DNA from: a virus
Length of the DNA: 64,000 bases
Virus record (IMG/VR): IMGVR_UViG_3300006310_000001
Reading direction: 5' to 3' (one strand)
The notes under the pieces were generated by a model. The model was not told the DNA's origin. It saw only the letters and a program-made list of their open reading frames with translations, and did no database searches. A program made the translations under genes and the position numbers. Shown here piece by piece: positions 58,640-64,000 of the stretch. How positions within the stretch are numbered: the stretch's first letter is position 1; the number at the start of each line of letters is the position of its first letter.

Positions 58640-59424
58640 AATCGTCTTGCACCATAAGTTATCATATAACAAGCACCTGCTCTTTTGAATATGTGATATG
58701 TTTCTTCTAAACTACCAGGCGCACCAATACCTAACCATTCTCCAGATGTTTGATATACACCTACAGGTTTCTTTGTAATATTTCTTATTGGTTCAATTAA
58801 GTCTAAACTTGTCATACCAGGTTTTACCATTAATTCATCTGCGCCATCATCTGAATATTTTATAGACCTTATAATTGCCTTATGTCTATCGCTAACATCT
58901 AATTGATAGGGTCTATGAATACCTTTTGGTATCTTCATTACATCACGCCAACCTCTATAAAATGTTGAACGAAATTTTGTACTATAACTCATTACAGGTA
59001 TCTGACCATTATTAATTGATTTAATATTCTTAACTGTATTGTCTTGACAATCACTTGGCGCTATTGTAGCACCTGACGCTGTGTAAATCTCTAAAGCTGA
59101 TTGTAGTAATAGGTCATCTGTTTTTTCTTGGTCTCCTGTTACACAACAATGTCCATCGTGGGTATAAGAACATAAACATACATCAACATTTAATTTTATA
59201 GGTATATGTGATAGACGTTGTAAAGAGTGAGCAGTTTCACACACTTTGTCAAAGTTAAATAACTTAAATTCAGGTATGTAAAATAAAAGAAATTCTTTTA
59301 CTCCTAAATCAATATCTTTCTTAACACGTTCTTTGACATCTTTTGCACTAAAGATTTTATTATCTTCTCCTAGTCCAGTTTCTCTTGTAGAGTTACTAGC
59401 AAAGATTGGTTGTATTAATCTCAT
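58624..59424 (-). CDS. hemB: Porphobilinogen synthase (ALA dehydratase), compact Zn-type
   Basis: DVCLCSYTHDGHC (Zn triad), APSD, MSYSTKF and MVKP (Schiff-base lysines), YQLD, YQTSGE; only 266 aa. Confidence 0.9.
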   Translation of the reverse strand: MRLIQPIFASNSTRETGLGEDNKIFSAKDVKERVKKDIDLGVKEFLLFYIPEFKLFNFDKVCETAHSLQRLSHIPIKLNVDVCLCSYTHDGHCCVTGDQEKTDDLLLQSALEIYTASGATIAPSDCQDNTVKNIKSINNGQIPVMSYSTKFRSTFYRGWRDVMKIPKGIHRPYQLDVSDRHKAIIRSIKYSDDGADELMVKPGMTSLDLIEPIRNITKKPVGVYQTSGEWLGIGAPGSLEETYHIFKRAGACYMITYGARRLCRSQ

Positions 59425-60254
59425 TTTGCTGACTTTGCTAACATTTGATGGTTTCTTTTATACATCAATGCTGTTCGTTGTTGTTCTTCGTGAGGTGCTA
59501 CTAATTTAAATTTAGATATACCCATTTTCTCATACATAGGTAAATCAAAATAAAATTCACTCCAAGTTATATCATCATTATAAAAAGTACGTTCCATACC
59601 TAAATGAATTAAACTACATATCATTCCTTTTCTTTCTTCTCTATTAATTTTAGAAGTTGTACCATAACAAACTTTACTAGGACAATTATAAGAACACTCT
59701 ATGTTCATAAACAATCTTAATAAATCTTTTCTCTTAATACTTTCTATAAACTTTAAATCATCATTACTATGAATAGGTAAAACAATTGTATCGTATAAAT
59801 TCTTTGCAACAACTTTTTCATAATGTTCATTGTCTGTAATATCTTGTATGCAACTTGCTTCTATTTTATAATCAGGAAAATCATTTCTAATATATTCAGC
59901 CAACTTATCAGTTGCTGTAATAACTGCATTTCCTTTTCTATGATATTCTTTTAAAAACGGTTTACTTTCTTTATACTTATCATCTGTTATAAATTTATTC
60001 TGTAAAGTAAGTTTAAGACCAATACCCTTATCATAAATCCATTCAATATCTTTCTCAAACATTTCTGGAGTTTCTGCAGGACGTCCACCGTATAAAGGAC
60101 AATGTTCTTCCGTTTGTCCAAAAACAGAATCTATATCATCATAGCCAAATGAAAAATTAGAATGTTCTTCTGCGTGGCGTATATGACTATCTAAAAATGC
60201 TTTGATATGTACGTCCCATTGTTTTCTTGCTGAACAAGATATTACTCTTCCCAT
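59421..60254 (-). CDS. U32-family-like Fe-S protein of unknown function
   Basis: YGGR, GIGLKLTLQN, AVITATDKLAEYIRNDFPDYKIEAS, DTIVLP, LFMNIECSYNCPSKVC, later MIC, GISKFKL; follows the U32 TIM-barrel motif order. Confidence 0.6.
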   Translation of the reverse strand: MGRVISCSARKQWDVHIKAFLDSHIRHAEEHSNFSFGYDDIDSVFGQTEEHCPLYGGRPAETPEMFEKDIEWIYDKGIGLKLTLQNKFITDDKYKESKPFLKEYHRKGNAVITATDKLAEYIRNDFPDYKIEASCIQDITDNEHYEKVVAKNLYDTIVLPIHSNDDLKFIESIKRKDLLRLFMNIECSYNCPSKVCYGTTSKINREERKGMICSLIHLGMERTFYNDDITWSEFYFDLPMYEKMGISKFKLVAPHEEQQRTALMYKRNHQMLAKSAK

Positions 60255-61021
60255 ATCGCACCTGGTGGCATAGACATTAATATTGCTTCAGGATTTCCTC
60301 CACTTCTCAATCCAAACTTTGTTCCTCTATCATACATTAAATTAAATTCAACGTATCGTCCACGTTTTAATAGTTGTGTATACTTATCTTGCTTCGTATA
60401 TTTTAAATTCATCTTTGGTGTTATAATCTCTTTAAGTAATTGACAAAAGGTTCTACCAACATCTTTAACAAATTCAAAATGTTTCTTACCATATTTGTAA
60501 TCAAAGAAGATACCACCTACACCTCTTGTTTCTTCTCTATGGGGTAAATAAAAATACTCATCACACCATTTCTTATATGTTTTGTAATAAAGTTTATTAT
60601 GTCTATCACATAATTGTTTTAATCTGTAATGCCATAAATTTCTTTCTACATCATCTTTCAAACACGGTGTCATATCTGTACCACCACCAAACCAACTTTT
60701 TTCTGTTTCAATATATCTTGTATTAAAATGTATTGCAGGTACTTTAGGATTCTTTGGATGTAATACTACTGATACTCCTGTTGACCAGAAGTTTCTACTA
60801 TGTTTTGTACCAGGGATTTCTTTTGCGAAGTCTTTTGGAAACTTACCTACAACATTACTAAAGGTGACACCTCCCTTTTCAATCACGTCACCTTTAATTG
60901 TTTTAAAGTTACCAAATTTCCATTTGTTATCTTTAAATTTTGCTTTAGTTTCTAACTCTTCAATAGTCTGACAAATTGATTTTTGCAATTCAATAAACCA
61001 TTGCAACGCTTCTTGTTTCAT
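60242..61021 (-). CDS. hemF: Oxygen-dependent coproporphyrinogen III oxidase
   Basis: EKGGV.FS.V, GVSVVLHPKNP.VP..HFN.RY, WFGGG.D.TP, WCDEYFYLPHR.E.RGVGGIFFD, RGRYVEFNL.YDRGT.FGL. Confidence 0.96.
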   Translation of the reverse strand: MKQEALQWFIELQKSICQTIEELETKAKFKDNKWKFGNFKTIKGDVIEKGGVTFSNVVGKFPKDFAKEIPGTKHSRNFWSTGVSVVLHPKNPKVPAIHFNTRYIETEKSWFGGGTDMTPCLKDDVERNLWHYRLKQLCDRHNKLYYKTYKKWCDEYFYLPHREETRGVGGIFFDYKYGKKHFEFVKDVGRTFCQLLKEIITPKMNLKYTKQDKYTQLLKRGRYVEFNLMYDRGTKFGLRSGGNPEAILMSMPPGAIWEE

Positions 61022-61024
61022 TAT

Positions 61025-61762
61025 CTAGTCTGTTTCTGCTGCTACTTTCTGAGCAAACTGTTCCAATTTTCTTTCTAATGGGTCTTGAAGCACTTTTGAT
61101 GTATCTTTCGGATGATTAAAGAATAAATTACCTGATACACTTACTCTTGTTCCTGGTGTATGAAAAGGAATTACTTGATGTCTTAATTGTGCTGGAAATA
61201 TCCACAGTCCACCATTTTGGGGTTCATAACCATAGGAGTGTTCTGTCCATTTTGGATTAGAGTGTTCACCATAATGAAACGTTATTCCACCAGGACCAAA
61301 ACTCTTGCCTTTATACTTTTTTCTTTCTTCTGTTAAGTCTGGTGTCTTTAAAAATATAACCCAAGATAACATACCACCGTGTGTATGTTCAGGATTATCT
61401 TCGTTCTCTTTCATATAATTAATCCATAAATCTATGAGTGTGAATTTAGTTGAAAACTGTTCTTCTGTAAAAGGTTTTCCAATATACTCCGCTGAACTTT
61501 GTACATAATCATCTATGTATCGTTGAAACTCTTTTACAAACCATTCTTTATCTTCTTTTGTATAACCTCGTTGGTCTTCCATTATACCTGCTAAGTTACT
61601 ATTGCCCGAACCTTCACGACTTTTATTACCTCGGTCCTCAAGTCCTTCTAATAATTCTTCGTGAGCAAAATACATAGCCACATAAGGACCAAAATTTAAA
61701 TTGCCACCTTTTTGTTCTTGTTCTATCTTTGTGTTTTTGTTATCTAGTTCTATCATATCCAA
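61025..61762 (-). CDS. Putative 2OG-Fe(II) oxygenase (TIGR02466-like)
   Basis: WINYMK...NPEHTH..LSWVIFL, IFPAQLRHQV.PF, RVSVSGN. Confidence 0.75.
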   Translation of the reverse strand: MDMIELDNKNTKIEQEQKGGNLNFGPYVAMYFAHEELLEGLEDRGNKSREGSGNSNLAGIMEDQRGYTKEDKEWFVKEFQRYIDDYVQSSAEYIGKPFTEEQFSTKFTLIDLWINYMKENEDNPEHTHGGMLSWVIFLKTPDLTEERKKYKGKSFGPGGITFHYGEHSNPKWTEHSYGYEPQNGGLWIFPAQLRHQVIPFHTPGTRVSVSGNLFFNHPKDTSKVLQDPLERKLEQFAQKVAAETD

Positions 61763-61938
61763 TAATCATATTCATTTGGTTTAGGTTTGTATCCGTCATT
61801 ATCAAAATGTTTATCTGCCCATATTGAAAAACATAAGACAATCATTGCAAAGCCAATTATCAACCAAAGACCCTTTCCTTCTTCCCAATTTGTTAATAAG
61901 TACCATAGTACTTGTAGTCCATTCATTTCATCATACAT
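61753..61938 (-). CDS. Small membrane protein
   Basis: 61 aa with one TM segment. Confidence 0.55.
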   Translation of the reverse strand: MYDEMNGLQVLWYLLTNWEEGKGLWLIIGFAMIVLCFSIWADKHFDNDGYKPKPNEYDYWI

Positions 61939-61943
61939 AGTTA

Positions 61944-62444
61944 TTATTCCCTTATTTTATTTATCATCTCTAAAATGATTTCTTTTTCTTTATCATCAGC
62001 GGTCGTGTGTGCATTGATAAATCGTTTATGTTCTTCTGCTGTAATGGTTGCTGTTTTACCATCACGTATTATTATCTTTAGTTGTGTATCCGTTAAATAA
62101 AATACTGGTGTCGTGTACTCTACCTCTTCGTGTTTATAAAATTTATAAACATCTGGATCCATAACATAATCATATTTATTCTGTATGGTCGGTGCTGTAT
62201 CATAATGCATTCCATTTGTATCTATATTCCAACAATGATGTATGATTGGTGTTGCGTCTATACTTTTATTATAATCATCAATCAACCAACCTGTCATAAA
62301 CTTCGTACCAAAGTTTTTTGCTTCTACCACCGACATATTCATACACTCACGTGGTTCATAACTAGGACTCGGTCTATGTTCAACTCTTTCTATATACCGT
62401 GCATTAGGTCTGTACTTTAGAAAGTGTTGTGTTGCGTTTTTCAT
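61944..62444 (-). CDS. Hypothetical protein
   Basis: 166 aa; C..N...GW......HHCWN...YD.AP motif; no family recognised. Confidence 0.55.
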   Translation of the reverse strand: MKNATQHFLKYRPNARYIERVEHRPSPSYEPRECMNMSVVEAKNFGTKFMTGWLIDDYNKSIDATPIIHHCWNIDTNGMHYDTAPTIQNKYDYVMDPDVYKFYKHEEVEYTTPVFYLTDTQLKIIIRDGKTATITAEEHKRFINAHTTADDKEKEIILEMINKIRE

Positions 62445-62592
62445 ACTGTAGTTTATCTTTCAATGCGAGTTTCAGTTTCTTCAAGTCTTTTAAATCTCTC
62501 CAAGAATCAGATGACCTATCGTTATTGCGTACCTCTTCTTGTAGTCTTGTTTTTCTTTTTAAGTCTTTGTGATTTGCTTTTAATTCCGCCAT
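62404..62592 (-). CDS. DUF465/YdcH-like small coiled-coil protein
   Basis: L...H..L...LKDLKKLKLALKDKL; AAGGA SD. Confidence 0.55.
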   Translation of the reverse strand: MAELKANHKDLKRKTRLQEEVRNNDRSSDSWRDLKDLKKLKLALKDKLQYEKRNTTLSKVQT

Positions 62593-62845
62593 ATAATGTC
62601 CTTTCGTCTATATCGTGTAGTCGTGGGTTATAGTCTTTGGGCCAATTCAGATTGAGTGTTAAAGTAGAATCATCTTTGTTAACTATTCTTATTTGGTGTC
62701 CTGTGGGTGTTGAGTTATCCCAATAACGTTCATAGTTATTTAAGTTGATAACTTGGTGTCGTAGTTTTTTTGATTTTTGCTTGACCTGGTCAAACATACT
62801 AGAGTTGGGTGTGTTGTTTGCGATATCATCTAAAAATCTGTTCAT
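62522..62845 (-). CDS. Hypothetical protein
   Basis: Start moved to ATG 62845 (MNRFLDD) after AGGAG SD and late promoter. Confidence 0.55.
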   Translation of the reverse strand: MNRFLDDIANNTPNSSMFDQVKQKSKKLRHQVINLNNYERYWDNSTPTGHQIRIVNKDDSTLTLNLNWPKDYNPRLHDIDERTLYGGIKSKSQRLKKKNKTTRRGTQ

Positions 62846-62865
62846 TACATAATCTCCTATAATAC

Positions 62866-62873
62866 TATTTATA
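62866..62873 (-). promoter_or_regulatory. T4-type late promoter heading the run of genes that ends in hemF-hemB-hemC
   Basis: Exact TATAAATA on minus strand. Confidence 0.7.
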
Positions 62874-62932
62874 AGACCTGCGCCCACGCTTAAAGGTTCT
62901 ACGATTGATTCAGATTCGCAAAAATTTGGCAC

Positions 62933-62971
62933 TTGACATTACCAGCCAAACCTGATAAACTCTTATAAATA
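62933..62971 (+). promoter_or_regulatory. Tandem sigma70-type and late promoters
   Basis: TTGACA-17 nt-TAAACT (TG-extended) at 62933-62961, then TATAAATA at 62964-62971. Confidence 0.65.
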
Positions 62972-62980
62972 TAACTTTAG

Positions 62981-63256
62981 ATGAAGGTCCTGTCTAAAAA
63001 TAAAATCATCATAGAATCAAGCCATCATAGTCACACCTTTGCTGACGTAGACTTTATCGTCTATTGTCAAAAGGCATTATACTCACGTCAACCATTTCGT
63101 GTAAGAATTGTAGATTGGGAACCAGAGTATTGCATTGCCTATATTAAAACATTAAGACAACACGATAGATGGAAACCACTCACTATAACTTATACACGTA
63201 GAGGTCACTATATCTATTTGTGGAATAAGAGTTATGTAAAAGGAAAGAGATATTAG
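62981..63256 (+). CDS. Hypothetical protein
   Basis: 91 aa ORF directly downstream of the tandem promoters. Confidence 0.55.
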   Translation: MKVLSKNKIIIESSHHSHTFADVDFIVYCQKALYSRQPFRVRIVDWEPEYCIAYIKTLRQHDRWKPLTITYTRRGHYIYLWNKSYVKGKRY

Positions 63257-63382
63257 ATTTTTGACGAGTCGTGGTCTTTAAGCACTCAAAGCATTCTTGC
63301 AGACACTACACGTCTATATATGCTTTATAAGTTTCCAACAATGATTGCAAAGACTATGAATATAATCACCATTACATATACA

Positions 63383-63739
63383 CTAGTCATCCCAAGGATA
63401 AACCTCATCTAATTTTTCTCTTGCACGTAAAACAACTTTACGTCCTGGCTTATTGTAAGGGATAGCCTTCACGTGGCTTTTGGGTTCGCCTTCCCAGTCA
63501 AATCTGTAATCCTTATTTTCTGGTATCCAAGTCGGTGCAGGTGTTTCGTATGCCTCTTGCGGAAGTTTAGTCCAGATACTATCAAAGAGTTCTTGCTCGG
63601 TTAACATACCCATTTGATTGTACACTTTACCGTGCATTTCTTTGGACATCAACCGAAGTTTCTCTTTATTGTATTCTATCTTACGTTGAAAGTCCCAATA
63701 CTCTTTTAAGTCGGCGTATGATTCTTTTGTAATAGACAT
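63383..63739 (-). CDS. Hypothetical protein
   Basis: 118 aa; KEYWDFQRK.EYNKE motif; no family recognised. Confidence 0.6.
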   Translation of the reverse strand: MSITKESYADLKEYWDFQRKIEYNKEKLRLMSKEMHGKVYNQMGMLTEQELFDSIWTKLPQEAYETPAPTWIPENKDYRFDWEGEPKSHVKAIPYNKPGRKVVLRAREKLDEVYPWDD

Positions 63740-64000
63740 TATAGAGATATTTATGCTGGCCGGTTTTTTTCTGGAAAAGGAAGTGTGTATATTGTTTGTG
63801 TCTGTTATTGCATTTATAGTTTAAGTTTTTTAATTAATTAAACAAATGCGTTTTCTCTGGCCTGTTTTTTAAAACTTTTATTTAGAATTTTTTGAGTATG
63901 ATATATATATGTTTAGTTCAAATCAATAGTGGCGCCTCTATGTATTACTGACATAGTGGTGTTAGATGTCTTACTGCCTTCTATGGTCTCTCTCTTACTG

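Noticed and set aside
185-62633. Many plus-strand ORFs in the track that lie opposite structural or metabolic genes (for example 185-385, 1189-1449, 7138-7503, 13877-14332, 46612-46956), and minus-strand 34850-35128
   Set aside because: Antisense shadows of well-supported genes, with no SD or promoter and no motifs
62846-62932. N-terminal extension of ORF 62522-62932, and similarly the longer starts of gp17, hemC and 28095
   Set aside because: The extensions span promoters or upstream genes; downstream ATGs fit better (SD or late-promoter position, conserved N-termini)
63325-63390. 21-aa hydrophobic ORF MTSVYVMVIIFIVFAIIVGNL overlapping the stop of 63383-63739
   Set aside because: Too short to support without conservation data and no clear SD
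1-64000. hemD, hemE, hemG/J/Y, hemH and ferredoxin genes that would complete the pathway
   Set aside because: No ORF with recognisable motifs in this window, so the pathway is not claimed to be complete
1-64000. tRNA, rRNA, integrase, transposase or homing endonuclease genes
   Set aside because: No T-loop/cloverleaf signature or catalytic motifs found by eye; gp17, gp18 and gp20 are uninterrupted

Overview
This is a 64 kb AT-rich segment of a T4-like myovirus genome, most of it the virion morphogenesis region on the minus strand. It holds portal gp20, tube gp19, sheath gp18, terminase gp17/gp16, neck gp15/14/13, a long tail-fibre and adhesin region, and baseplate gp8, gp9/10-like, gp7, gp6, gp25 and PAAR. 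Many of these genes have T4 late promoters (TATAAATA) upstream. The host is inferred to be an aquatic alphaproteobacterium, plausibly SAR11-like: ALAS is essentially alphaproteobacterial among bacteria, the DNA is AT-rich, and there are no photosynthesis genes. The main accessory signal is an unusually extensive tetrapyrrole pathway split over three loci: hemA between gp16 and gp17, hemO-pcyX upstream of gp13, and a hemF / U32-like Fe-S protein / hemB / hemC operon. All three sit in apparent late transcription units. hemD, hemE, a protoporphyrinogen oxidase and hemH are not in this window. Other notable items are an 11-gene divergent radical SAM / glycosyltransferase / hydroxylase island, a full-length ribosomal protein bL12 among baseplate genes, and a 2429-aa fibre-like protein with the same 283-aa cassette inserted in frame at three unrelated sites. 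No tRNA, rRNA, CRISPR array, integrase or transposase was seen. All assignments come from motif recognition by eye; no searches were run.
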